This document shows, one piece after another, positions 9,001 to 18,045 of a stretch of 64,000 nt of DNA. Below the pieces are notes generated by a model. It had not been told where the DNA came from and searched no databases. It worked only from the letters and a program-made list of their open reading frames with translations. The DNA comes from Candidatus Omnitrophota bacterium (lineage in GTDB: Bacteria; Omnitrophota; Gorgyraeia; JABMRG01; JAFGKX01). The number at the start of each line of letters is the position of its first letter. The stretch's first letter is position 1. Position numbers and translations under genes: made by a program. The stretch is taken from assembly GCA_043797125.1 (NCBI GenBank), contig JAZDPX010000013.1, forward strand, positions 73,180 to 137,179, given 5' to 3'.

Positions 9001-12000
9001 CCCTGCTCGCCCGGCACTTGCTGAATAAATTGCCATAGCCTTCCTTGTTCAGAAGATAGTTTGGGTTTATTGTTGCCATTTTCTTCTTCTCTTATTGCAT
9101 CAAGAACCGCCAAAAGCTTTATGCCACAATCTTTTGCATATTGCTTACCAACTATATTTTTAAATTTTTGCAAAGCATCTTTTTTAAGATATCTGTAGAT
9201 TTCATCGTTAACTTTTTCTACAAAATCGGCAAACAACCTATTTTCTTTGTCTTTTTTCGATTTTTTAGACTTGCTAATGATTTCTTTGGCCGATATTCTT
9301 TTCGGAGGCTGCATTTTGCCAGCTTCTATTTGCTTGATAAGGTCATATCCATAAGCATCTGTTGGATGAATCCCTAATTTTTCTCCCAGGAACTCCGCTC
9401 GTTCTAAGGCATTGCCATCTGAATCAGCAAGTATGTGGGGCGCATTCCGCTGCACTGCTTCTTCAGCAGCTATTACAAGGCCTATGCCCGGCACTTCGAA
9501 GTCATCTTCATCCACCCATTTTACTTTTCTAAGTCCTGGTTTAATTACAACGCGCTTAACTCCGGGGATTGCATATGGTTTTAATCTCAATTTAGTAAAT
9601 TTTATAGGAATTTTGTTGTTTGGATCTATTTTAAATAAACGCCCGCTATTCGCATCTATGGTTAAACCATCGCCGGTTTTTAATGCCCTGTTATCAAGCA
9701 CAATCGGCCGTGTGCCGGTGATAGCCGGAATACACCTTTCTCTGCAGAATATCGCTGCGTGGCAAGTATCTCCTCCGTGGATTGTGACCACCGCATCAAC
9801 AAGGTTCATTATAGGATCATGGTGAGGGTCTGCTTCAGACAAATAAAGCGCTACAGGCAGTTTCTTCTCTGATTTTTCCGTGTAGTCATCGGGATTAAAT
9901 CCTAAATCTCTTATAAGTTTTCTTTCGCCATCGGTAAATTTACCTCGCTTTAATCGCTTTATTTCATCTGCATGCCAGGCAACGCTTTTTGTTGTATCAA
10001 ACGCAAGAATATAAGCATGAGTCGCGTTCTCTCCCTTTGTACCCGTAGCTATAGGCTTAATTCCATGCTTCTCAATAAAGTCTTCATCTGTTTCTGTCCG
10101 CTTAAGCACAAAATCCACTTTTGTATATTCTGCTGTATATGGCCTTGCTTGCACATTATATAAGCTGAGTTTAACCATATTTTCATTGCTGCTTATTATT
10201 TGCTCTTTTTCCTCGCCGCTAAGCTCTATAATCTCGTCATTTCTCATGCCCAAAACATTGCCTTCTTTATCCAACGCATATATACTAATCTTAGAGCCTC
10301 CTTCTGCCTTAGGATCAATCTCGATAGCAAATTCCACATCTCTTGCGTCTTTATAAAAATTGGCTATTTTTGACACCATTATGGCAACTTTCGCGGCTTC
10401 AGAATCTGATATTGAAAACGCATCTTTATGCGAATCTGTAGTCAATATATTGCAGGTAAAACTATTGTCAATTAACGACCTTATAAGATAGCTTAGATTC
10501 TTAAAGTTTCTCTCGTCAACACCTATCTTGTCTAAAATGGTTTTCTTGTCCGTATCTGGCACATCGGGTCTTTCGTTATGCCATACCCCCTTGACCATTT
10601 TGATAAAAGAATCTATATAATCATTTCCTTGTTTTTTTCTGTTGAAATATTTCTTCAAATTATTTTTGCCTTTACTGGACTTTTCTTTGGTCATTTTAAC
10701 TAAATCATATGTACCATCAACTATCTTTTTCAGGTTATCTTCATCGATGCCGCTCGCTCTGGAAGCGTCCTGTACATAAAATTTTGATTTTATATATTCC
10801 ACAACCCGACCTTTTATCTCTGCGGGATTGGTGTTGTTATCTACCCCGGATTTAAACATATCGGCAATTTTTTCCGCTTCCATCTGCAAGCGCACTTTTT
10901 TATCATTATCTGTTTCGCCTGATTCTGGTATCAAATAAGAAATACCCTGTAAATCTTTTGCTAAGATACCTTTAATCTGCTTCTGCACTTCATCGTAGCT
11001 TATAGCGTCTTTAACCATCGAAGCTATGTTGCGAATTTTGGTTTCGTCAAGGCCTTCCTTTTGTCTTAAAAATTCAAAGGCATATTCTACATCCACCATT
11101 TGTATAAATTTATCTCCTTTTTCGGACTGAACGGTAAACCAGTTATCCCCATCCAGCGTAACCATGACAAATTTATCGCCTCTTACTTTACCGCCAACAA
11201 CATTCTCTCCATACCCATGGCTTATCTCAAAGCTTACAACATTTGCCTTTGTGCTGATGATTTCGCCTTTTTCATTACGATTAACAAAAGTATCATCATT
11301 CTCATACCAGGCCTTATATAAAGCCTGGGAAACGCCGGCGAATTTGGTAGCTGGATTCACTGTAAATGCCACTCCCGCTAAACAACTTTCTACCATGCGC
11401 ATAATGACTACGGACATTCCCACCAAATCAGGATGTACAAATTCTTTTGCAGTCTCCATTAATAATTCCAAACAATGGCTTATTTCAGCGTTCTTGGGTT
11501 CGTATTCCAATATTTCTATCATGGCCTTAATTAAATTTACCGAACCTGGGTTTTGATATTTGGTAAGCGTATCTGCTATTTTTCCAAGTTGTGAATTTTT
11601 ACTAGAATATTCACGAAGTTTCTCCATTAAATTATGATATACCCTTTGCGGTTCTGTTTCTCCAAAGCCCATAGTAGCGGCAAAAATTTGGAATATGTCT
11701 CCATCCCTATAGCTTATGGCTCTGTCTGTAAATAAACTGGCACAGCAAGCCTTCCATTTATCAAGTACGTTCTTAATGCCCCTGACATTAAGATAGGTAT
11801 CTGCCTGTCCGGCCTGAGAGCCGCTTGTAACAGGGAACCAGGATTGTATTTTGCTGTCCTCGCCTCTTATGCCTGAGCTTCTTTCCGCGACAGCGACAGG
11901 AGTTTTTTTGCCGGATAAATGCGCCAGAATATTCAGGTGTCTATACATCCTGATAATCTCTTCTTCTACCTCTTCGGGGATTTTTGCGTTCATTATGGCG

Positions 12001-13799
12001 TGGCGTATTCTATCTCCTATTACATTTCTTATCTGGTCGTCTGTAGCGTCCAAAGTAGCTAATTCTTCTATGGCCTTTCTCGCTTCCTCATTAGCTTTTA
12101 CTAATGCAAAATATGCTGTTGAGGTAGCATTAACACCCCAGGGGGTAGGCGCAACGCTTTCGGTCAGCGAAAGGCTTAAGCCCTTTCCTCCGGATAATTC
12201 AAACCCGCCTGATTTCAGGAATTCCTTATATCCTTCTTTGAGGTGTTTAAGTTTGTTTTCAAGTCGGTTTTTATAAACTAACGAATCAGGGTTTTTCTTT
12301 AATTCAGATTCAATTTTACTTATATCATTTCTATATTTCTCATCTTCTTTTTCAAATAATTCTTGATGCTGCCTCTGCTCTTTAAAAGTCAGGCAATAGC
12401 GTTTCCAGGCCGGTATTTTAGCGCGTTTTAAAAAATATACATAATCATCAAGAACAAGGTCTATCGCTCCTTTTCTTTCTTTTCTTATTTCTTCTGCGTT
12501 TTCCGCAATTGCCTCAAGCGTTATTCCGCCCAGCTCCTCCGCTAACTTAACTATGCTAGTTTTCCCGGGTTCTATTCTAACATCATTATTGCTATCTTTT
12601 TTGACAATGGCTATGGGCTGTGCATTAAAGTAGAGAACATAATATTTCTCATCGGGCTTAACCTCTTCTTTAAAATATTTCCCTAACCGCCCTTTAATAT
12701 CCTTGCTATCCTTTAAGTCTATAAGCTTTTCCATATAGCTGAATGGCAATTCTTCCTTAGAATCTTTTAACTTATAAGTGTCTGTGCCTAAAACCTGCTC
12801 TAGTACCTCTTCTTTCCTGATTGCGTCAACGGATAGGGGCTTATATTGAGACAATAAAGGGGCTCGTTCAATACGCTCTTCTCTTGACAGCGTTATTTTT
12901 TGCTCTTTTTCAAGCTTGAATACATTACAAATTGTTTCTTTAAGCTCACCAATTGCTATAATAAGAGAAACGGATTGAAAGGCTTCACCTTGCTCACTAG
13001 CTATATCCTTGGCATGCTCTATACAGGACAAAGCTTCTTCCATGTTCCCTGTTATATACAGCAGATATGCGATATTCATTTCTGATATGGCTTTTCTGTT
13101 AACGCCGTAAGCCTCGTTCCATCCGACCAGCAGGGTGTTTAAAATAGACTTTTCCCTTTGGGATAATTTTCCAAATACTTTCTCAAGCCCGATAGGAAAA
13201 CCCGTTATTTTTAATTGTATTGATATTTTTTCAAATTCTTCTGTTATGATAGGAACGGGATGCAAGATAAGCGGTATTTCTGTTATTAGTAATGTCCTGT
13301 CTCCTTTTCTTAATAACTCTTCTGCAAACTTATCCATAAGGTTGCATATATGCTGCTCGTAGTTAAGGCGCGTTGTTTCAGAAGTAATATTCTGCGCTAA
13401 CTGCATAGCCTTATGCACACAAGCTAAAGCTAATCCTAACTCCTCTGCTTCATATAAAATTTTTGCAATCCCTAAGCATATTTTAGTTTTTTTCTTATCT
13501 TGCGTGCTGGGTTTTTGCCATAATAGCAAATGCGCAGTTAGTTTTGAGGCTGCTGTTTCACTTAATTTCCCAACTACCTCCAGTAGGTCAACGGGGAATT
13601 CTGCTTGTTCTAGTATTCGCTTTGTAGCCTTATCGAGCTCATCACGGAGACTGTTATCTGTCTTAGCTGTAGAAACACCGCGCAGGGCATTATTTTTTGC
13701 GGTTTGATTTGCTGCAGGCAGGTAATGAAGATTTGCGCTTTGGCAGGTAAAAATAATAGTAAATAATAGTGTTATTGTTTTTTTGTAAATACGAGCCAT
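6012..13799 (-). CDS. Giant (2595 aa) PEP synthase/pyruvate-water dikinase-like protein with signal-like N-terminus and a second degenerate swivel + C-terminal module
   Basis: GGKG, VAERSS..EDS, AGQADTYLNV and VQARP (nucleotide-binding domain). GGDTCHAAIFCRE (phospho-His swivel). NPFVGLRG, MIEVPS, FSFGTND and LCGE (PEP-binding barrel). Confidence 0.88.
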   Translation of the reverse strand: MARIYKKTITLLFTIIFTCQSANLHYLPAANQTAKNNALRGVSTAKTDNSLRDELDKATKRILEQAEFPVDLLEVVGKLSETAASKLTAHLLLWQKPSTQDKKKTKICLGIAKILYEAEELGLALACVHKAMQLAQNITSETTRLNYEQHICNLMDKFAEELLRKGDRTLLITEIPLILHPVPIITEEFEKISIQLKITGFPIGLEKVFGKLSQREKSILNTLLVGWNEAYGVNRKAISEMNIAYLLYITGNMEEALSCIEHAKDIASEQGEAFQSVSLIIAIGELKETICNVFKLEKEQKITLSREERIERAPLLSQYKPLSVDAIRKEEVLEQVLGTDTYKLKDSKEELPFSYMEKLIDLKDSKDIKGRLGKYFKEEVKPDEKYYVLYFNAQPIAIVKKDSNNDVRIEPGKTSIVKLAEELGGITLEAIAENAEEIRKERKGAIDLVLDDYVYFLKRAKIPAWKRYCLTFKEQRQHQELFEKEDEKYRNDISKIESELKKNPDSLVYKNRLENKLKHLKEGYKEFLKSGGFELSGGKGLSLSLTESVAPTPWGVNATSTAYFALVKANEEARKAIEELATLDATDDQIRNVIGDRIRHAIMNAKIPEEVEEEIIRMYRHLNILAHLSGKKTPVAVAERSSGIRGEDSKIQSWFPVTSGSQAGQADTYLNVRGIKNVLDKWKACCASLFTDRAISYRDGDIFQIFAATMGFGETEPQRVYHNLMEKLREYSSKNSQLGKIADTLTKYQNPGSVNLIKAMIEILEYEPKNAEISHCLELLMETAKEFVHPDLVGMSVVIMRMVESCLAGVAFTVNPATKFAGVSQALYKAWYENDDTFVNRNEKGEIISTKANVVSFEISHGYGENVVGGKVRGDKFVMVTLDGDNWFTVQSEKGDKFIQMVDVEYAFEFLRQKEGLDETKIRNIASMVKDAISYDEVQKQIKGILAKDLQGISYLIPESGETDNDKKVRLQMEAEKIADMFKSGVDNNTNPAEIKGRVVEYIKSKFYVQDASRASGIDEDNLKKIVDGTYDLVKMTKEKSSKGKNNLKKYFNRKKQGNDYIDSFIKMVKGVWHNERPDVPDTDKKTILDKIGVDERNFKNLSYLIRSLIDNSFTCNILTTDSHKDAFSISDSEAAKVAIMVSKIANFYKDARDVEFAIEIDPKAEGGSKISIYALDKEGNVLGMRNDEIIELSGEEKEQIISSNENMVKLSLYNVQARPYTAEYTKVDFVLKRTETDEDFIEKHGIKPIATGTKGENATHAYILAFDTTKSVAWHADEIKRLKRGKFTDGERKLIRDLGFNPDDYTEKSEKKLPVALYLSEADPHHDPIMNLVDAVVTIHGGDTCHAAIFCRERCIPAITGTRPIVLDNRALKTGDGLTIDANSGRLFKIDPNNKIPIKFTKLRLKPYAIPGVKRVVIKPGLRKVKWVDEDDFEVPGIGLVIAAEEAVQRNAPHILADSDGNALERAEFLGEKLGIHPTDAYGYDLIKQIEAGKMQPPKRISAKEIISKSKKSKKDKENRLFADFVEKVNDEIYRYLKKDALQKFKNIVGKQYAKDCGIKLLAVLDAIREEENGNNKPKLSSEQGRLWQFIQQVPGEQGANLIAHYYGEMERNFNYDYNIIEKMKANEYVIKKTEEKIKEGGCASAQEYLSKNFYNFYNLMGFCCGSMQKASARSYDFAMDKIRGLIGDIFAEPGKNPFVGLRGIKLEHYDQKVLSFLIEAVIDAHKNTRNQSFFYVFIRFANELEIMDRALQMAAGKKGMLPREVGIMIEVPSCAMQISEISERLNQIKEKYKKYGVESVFFSFGTNDYTYIASKACREDYKTKLKIEDPAAIQAIDEIIKSGYYYDKSNKNLPLAFEGAYTILQLIEAVVREADNHEIITKLCGELVTNLVKIRRYDLAGKVMALLNSFGVSTMSVRLLASMVRYDAMSAMKEIDVPSKDRNILIDLKSNGDEIRQDEGVIKGEIIFIDDKDDLVPNSLKGLKGDELTKKKEFMKLQSPESAQSTMSVYNKIVVLTKNFVLMQKQEFLETMKEKDFNILLEKGLVREVSENVYVWANLYSITSDKFLNKLENMNFDENSRSGILKAWNKAWDNTTEGLERQGIDWDDLQYAKAIIIDAGVSLEDWDVFDAGKSIIPTRVKVISKNIGKEKTKLNGKFVTIDYKAGKIYEGDLKVKREKVEPRSLPIPEIEPAVNEELAVRENANDAYGAFKFHPLLIHAYGSDEKNFEKNFAEIFNKHIGDLYDEADKISKISDESEKKDLLGRFMQKIKGLPEDSIKTSLENICNNIAKNKSIEIPKQDAVREKYIKQLKNDISSLLKQEDKTADEFIRQVFKQHILDTLKNNTEEFVIHTTTSLNCAELSNMLVGSFLVEDVNPNPDYGLKGAAKAISDFYPINRLELQAFKEARDKLGVQQKKRLGLQITDLQGTQAGAVVIAWKHILKEMNLIPGQDGLQVGINIATPSDTLSLDKYIEHFKELGTGLSFVTYDIMMLGAAWSGVDIYWDQWRRLASEKDIVRVGYDAIKIIKKKINDANGNSSGNNIKVFKFSDDSEFLELLKEYRKQTFDKVKDQKEEILPRRVDEKVAVALQQAA

Positions 13800-13858
13800 A
13801 GGTTTCTCTAAAGTGAAATATGTTAAGATGATATAAATGGTTAAAAAAAGTACTTAAT

Positions 13859-13887
13859 ATTATACACAAAAAAAATTCCTGTGTCAA
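13859..13887 (-). promoter_or_regulatory. Consensus sigma70 promoter TTGACA-N17-TATAAT for the giant gene
   Basis: Perfect -35 (13882-13887) and -10 (13859-13864). Confidence 0.8.
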
Positions 13888-13905
13888 TCAAAATATTTAC
13901 GTGTG

Positions 13906-14826
13906 TTATGGCAATAATTTTACGCTAAGCAGATTAAATAGGTAGCCTGTAAAGATAATTCCAAGGGTGGTTATGCCGAAAAATATAATTACAAGCTTAA
14001 GTTTCATAGCCCGCCTTAGTATTACTGCTTCCGGAAGGCTTAAGGCAGATACAGCCATCATAAAGGCAAGGGCGGTGCCTAAGGGGACGCCTTTTCTAAA
14101 TAGCGCGACGGCAATGGGCACGATAGCGGCGCAGCTTCCGTACATTGGAACGCCTAAAAGCACTGCTATGGGCACTGAAAACGGGCCAGTCTTTGCGATT
14201 GCCCCCTGGATGGTTTCTTTTGGCACATAATTATGTATAACGGCGCCTATACCAACGCCTATTAATATCCAGGGCCATAACCTTTTTAAAATTAATTTCG
14301 CCTCGCCTACGCCAAAAAGAATTCTGTCCTTTATTGAGGTGAATTGGAGCAGCTTTTCTGTTTCGGTTTTTATCGGAAGAAAATCCCTGTCAATGTATTT
14401 ATCTAATTTCATTTTACCTAATATAAGCCCGACAAACACGCCTAAAAAAATTCCGCTTAAGACATAAAACGCGGTTATCTTCCAGCCGAAAAAACCAAGC
14501 ATCAGGACGACCAGATATTCATTGACTAAGGGCGAGGTTATCAGGAATGAAAAGGTAACGCCCAAAGGCACCCCTGTTTTTAGAAAGCCCAAAAATATCG
14601 GAATTGATGAACATGAGCAAAACGGGGTTATGGCGCCGAACATCGAGGCGTATATATTCGCGAAAAACTTTTTTTTGGCAAGCCAGGAACGCACCTTGCC
14701 CTGTGATAAATAGCTTCGCAGGAATCCCACAAAGGATATCATCACAAAAAGCAAAAGCATTATCTTTACGGAGTCGTAGACAAAAAATTGCAGCAATCCA
14801 ACTAATCCATTTTTATGATCAATCAT
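13906..14826 (-). CDS. DUF318/ArsP-family permease
   Basis: GAITPFCSCSSIP and GVPMYGSC motifs, two repeated TM halves. Confidence 0.88.
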   Translation of the reverse strand: MIDHKNGLVGLLQFFVYDSVKIMLLLFVMISFVGFLRSYLSQGKVRSWLAKKKFFANIYASMFGAITPFCSCSSIPIFLGFLKTGVPLGVTFSFLITSPLVNEYLVVLMLGFFGWKITAFYVLSGIFLGVFVGLILGKMKLDKYIDRDFLPIKTETEKLLQFTSIKDRILFGVGEAKLILKRLWPWILIGVGIGAVIHNYVPKETIQGAIAKTGPFSVPIAVLLGVPMYGSCAAIVPIAVALFRKGVPLGTALAFMMAVSALSLPEAVILRRAMKLKLVIIFFGITTLGIIFTGYLFNLLSVKLLP

Positions 14827-14845
14827 ATCAAGCCCTTTAGCTTTG

Positions 14846-14940
14846 GTAATAGTTCAGCTCTGGGAAGTTTTCACGACGTAGCGCAGGCTTAAGCCTGCGC
14901 TACGTCCGAGTCGAGATACTTACAATGACTGAACTGTTAC
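14846..14940. mobile_element. 95-bp MITE copy 2 with perfect 8-bp target-site duplication
   Basis: TIR GTAATAGTTCAG / CTGAACTGTTAC. TAGCTTTG at 14838-14845 and 14941-14948. Internal palindrome at 14875-14906. Confidence 0.88.
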
Positions 14941-17900
14941 TAGCTTTGAAGCAGGCGGCGTTCCTGGTACCATGAATAAAGGCAGGGCACGATAAACCAG
15001 GTTATCATCTCTATAACCATACCGCCCAACGACGGAATAGCCATGGGCTGCATAACTTCCGAACCGCTTCCTTTTATAAACATAATCGGTAAAAGCGCGA
15101 CAATGGTTGTAATGGTCGTAAGAAACGCCGGGCGTATCCTGCCTAAGCCCGCGTAGACTGTGGCCTCGACCACGTCTTTTTTTGATTTTATCTTATCTTT
15201 TCTCTCCTTAAAAACATCGTCCAGATATGTAGTCATTAAAATTCCGTCATCAACAGCCACTCCGAAGAGCGCGATAAAACCGACCCAAACGGCGATGGAA
15301 AAATTATACCCTGAAAACGCCAAAAGCCATATTCCGCCAGATAAGGTAACCGGTATTGCCGTAAATATAAACAGGCTTTTTACTACGGATCTAAAATTCA
15401 TGTAAATAATCATGAAGTTCAAAAGAAGGCTTATCGGCACCAAAACCAGCAGTTTCTTTTTTGCCCTCACCTGATTTTCAAACTGGCCTGACCATTCAAG
15501 AAAATAATTTTCCGGAAGTTTGAGCTTCTCCCTTACAACGCGCGATGCCTCCTCGACAAATCCCACCATATCACGGCCACGCACGTTCATAAGCACGTAT
15601 GCCCTTAGCAGGCCGTTTTCCGAATTTATCATCGCCGGGCCTGTTACAAAATATATATCCGCAAGCTGCGTTATCGGAATCTGCTGGCCGTCCGAAGTCG
15701 GCACAAGTACGCGCCTTAAGGCATCCGGGGTATCGCGCAGTTCCCTCGGGTAGCGCACCCTGACAGGATAGCGCTCTCTGCCCTCCAGCGTGGTTGTTAT
15801 ATTTTCGCCGCCAATACCCATCTCGATAACATCCTGCACGTCGCTTATGCTTAATCCATAGCGGGCAATCTGGTCGCGTTTAATCTTAAATTCAATATAA
15901 GGTTTGCCGACTATCTTTTCCGAATATAAATCCGCCGCTCCCCTGACGCCCTTAAGGATATTCTCGACCTCCTGGGCAATATCCTGAATTTTATTTAAGT
16001 CCGGGCCGAATACCTTTACCCCGACAGATGTCCTTATGCCCGTAGCCAGCATGTCAATTCTGTTAATTATCGGCTGGGTCCAGATATTTGAAACACCCGG
16101 TATCTGAAGGCTTGAGTTCATTTCCTGGATAAGCTTGTCCTTGGTCATGCCTTTACGCCATAGGTTTTTTGGTTTAAGCGTAATTGTTGTCTCAAACATT
16201 TCTATCGGGGCAGGATCTGTGGCGGTCTCCGCGCGCCCGAGTTTTCCTACCACCATCTCAACTTCGGGAAACTTACTTATTACCTCATCCTGAATCTTTA
16301 TTATGCGGTGCGCTTCGGTAAGCGATACGGCAGGCTGCATAACCGGCATAAACAAAATACTTCCTTCATCAAGCGGCGGCATAAACTCCCTGCCTATAAA
16401 CGCGGCCGCAACCAAAGAGCCTGTTAGAACTAAGGCGGGTATCAAGAGAAATTTTTTTCGGTTAGCAAGCACCCAGCGTAGTATTTTTTCATAATATCTG
16501 TGGAGCGCGCTAACAAGAGGGTTTTCCTCGGGTTCGCGCAGGCGGCCCCTTAAGCCAAAGAAGCACAAAACCGGGGTAAATGTTAAAGCTACGGTAATCG
16601 ACGCTAAAAGGGCTAATGTCTTTGTCCAGGCAAGCGGATGAAAAAGCTTGCCCTCTTGCGCTTCAAGCGCGAAGACAGGGAAAAATGAGACTACTGTCGT
16701 AAGAACAGCTGTTAAAACAGCGCTGCCTACTTCAGAAGCAGCGCCGAAGATAACCTCAAGCCTTGTTGTTATGCCTTTTTTTATGTCTTGCGCATTGAGA
16801 ATAAGCCTTCTATAGGAATTTTCAGTCATAATTATTCCCATGTCAACAAGGGTTCCTATGGCAATGGCTATGCCTGACAACGACATAATATTGGAGTCTA
16901 TACCAAGATAATACATTGCAATGAACGCTATCAAAACCGAAAATGGAAGAGCTATGCATATTATGAAACCCGCAAATATGTGGGCCATAAACGGGACAAC
17001 CACTGCCATAGTGATAATAATCTCAAGGATCAGCGCCTCTTTTAAAGTCCCTATTGTGCGATGAATTAAACCTGTGCGGTCGTAAAATGGTATTATCTTT
17101 ATATCGGAAGGCAGGCCTGCCTGTAACTGTTTTATTTTCTCCTTAACGCCGTGTATTACCTGCATCGCGTTCTGGCCGTAGCGCATAACAACTACGCCGC
17201 CTACAACTTCTTTTCCGGCCTTATCCAATATGCCTCTTCTGAATTCAGGGCCAAGCTGCACAGAAGCTATGCTTTTAAGATATATAGGGGTGCCTTCTTT
17301 ATACCCAACAGCGATATTTTCTATATCCTCGACGGATTTGATAAATCCCAGGCCTCTTACGATATATTCCATTGCCCCTGACTCTATAACTTTCGCGCCT
17401 ATATCGATATTTGACTTTTTAACCGCTTCAAGTGTTTCCCGCAGGCTTATGTTCTGGCTTGACATCTTGTTGGGGTCAACGTCTATCTGATACTGCCTTA
17501 AAAATCCTCCGACTGTTGCAACCTCTGACACGCCTTCAACAGAATTAAGCTGATAACGGATAAACCAGTCCTGCATGCTCCTTAATTCGTCTAATGACCT
17601 GTTTTCCCCTTCTACCGTATACCAGAAGACCTGGCCCAGGCCTGTCGCATCCGGCCCAAGAACCGGCATTATACCTTGCGGAAGTTTTGTTGAGGCAATA
17701 TTAAGTTTTTCCAGAACGCGGGAACGCGCCCAATAGTAATCTATCTTATCGTGGAATATCAGGTATATTTCCGAAAATCCGAACGCTGACGCGGCTCTGA
17801 TGGTTTTAACTCCGGGAACGCCTTTAAGAGATATTGAAAGCGGGTATGTAACCTGGTCTTCCACATCTTGCGCGGAACGGCCCGGCCATTCGGTATAAAC

Positions 17901-18044
17901 AATGACCTGTTTTTCTCCTATATCCGGAATTGCGTCAATAGGAACGTTGGTAAGCGCCCATAGCCCCCAGAAAAAAACAGCCGCATATATTATGAAAACT
18001 ATAAGCGGAGTCTTCAAGCAATACGAAATTAATCTGTTTATCAT
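14940..18044 (-). CDS. cusA: CusA/CzcA-family heavy-metal RND efflux permease
   Basis: DAIPD, GPDATGLG, EFMPPLDEG, PIEMFET, RIDMLATG; 1034 aa. Confidence 0.93.
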   Translation of the reverse strand: MINRLISYCLKTPLIVFIIYAAVFFWGLWALTNVPIDAIPDIGEKQVIVYTEWPGRSAQDVEDQVTYPLSISLKGVPGVKTIRAASAFGFSEIYLIFHDKIDYYWARSRVLEKLNIASTKLPQGIMPVLGPDATGLGQVFWYTVEGENRSLDELRSMQDWFIRYQLNSVEGVSEVATVGGFLRQYQIDVDPNKMSSQNISLRETLEAVKKSNIDIGAKVIESGAMEYIVRGLGFIKSVEDIENIAVGYKEGTPIYLKSIASVQLGPEFRRGILDKAGKEVVGGVVVMRYGQNAMQVIHGVKEKIKQLQAGLPSDIKIIPFYDRTGLIHRTIGTLKEALILEIIITMAVVVPFMAHIFAGFIICIALPFSVLIAFIAMYYLGIDSNIMSLSGIAIAIGTLVDMGIIMTENSYRRLILNAQDIKKGITTRLEVIFGAASEVGSAVLTAVLTTVVSFFPVFALEAQEGKLFHPLAWTKTLALLASITVALTFTPVLCFFGLRGRLREPEENPLVSALHRYYEKILRWVLANRKKFLLIPALVLTGSLVAAAFIGREFMPPLDEGSILFMPVMQPAVSLTEAHRIIKIQDEVISKFPEVEMVVGKLGRAETATDPAPIEMFETTITLKPKNLWRKGMTKDKLIQEMNSSLQIPGVSNIWTQPIINRIDMLATGIRTSVGVKVFGPDLNKIQDIAQEVENILKGVRGAADLYSEKIVGKPYIEFKIKRDQIARYGLSISDVQDVIEMGIGGENITTTLEGRERYPVRVRYPRELRDTPDALRRVLVPTSDGQQIPITQLADIYFVTGPAMINSENGLLRAYVLMNVRGRDMVGFVEEASRVVREKLKLPENYFLEWSGQFENQVRAKKKLLVLVPISLLLNFMIIYMNFRSVVKSLFIFTAIPVTLSGGIWLLAFSGYNFSIAVWVGFIALFGVAVDDGILMTTYLDDVFKERKDKIKSKKDVVEATVYAGLGRIRPAFLTTITTIVALLPIMFIKGSGSEVMQPMAIPSLGGMVIEMITWFIVPCLYSWYQERRLLQS

Positions 18045-18045
18045 A

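Noticed and set aside
4363-13799. Prophage or genomic island explanation for the large AT-rich genes
   Set aside because: No integrase, phage genes, tRNA target or flanking direct repeats are seen.
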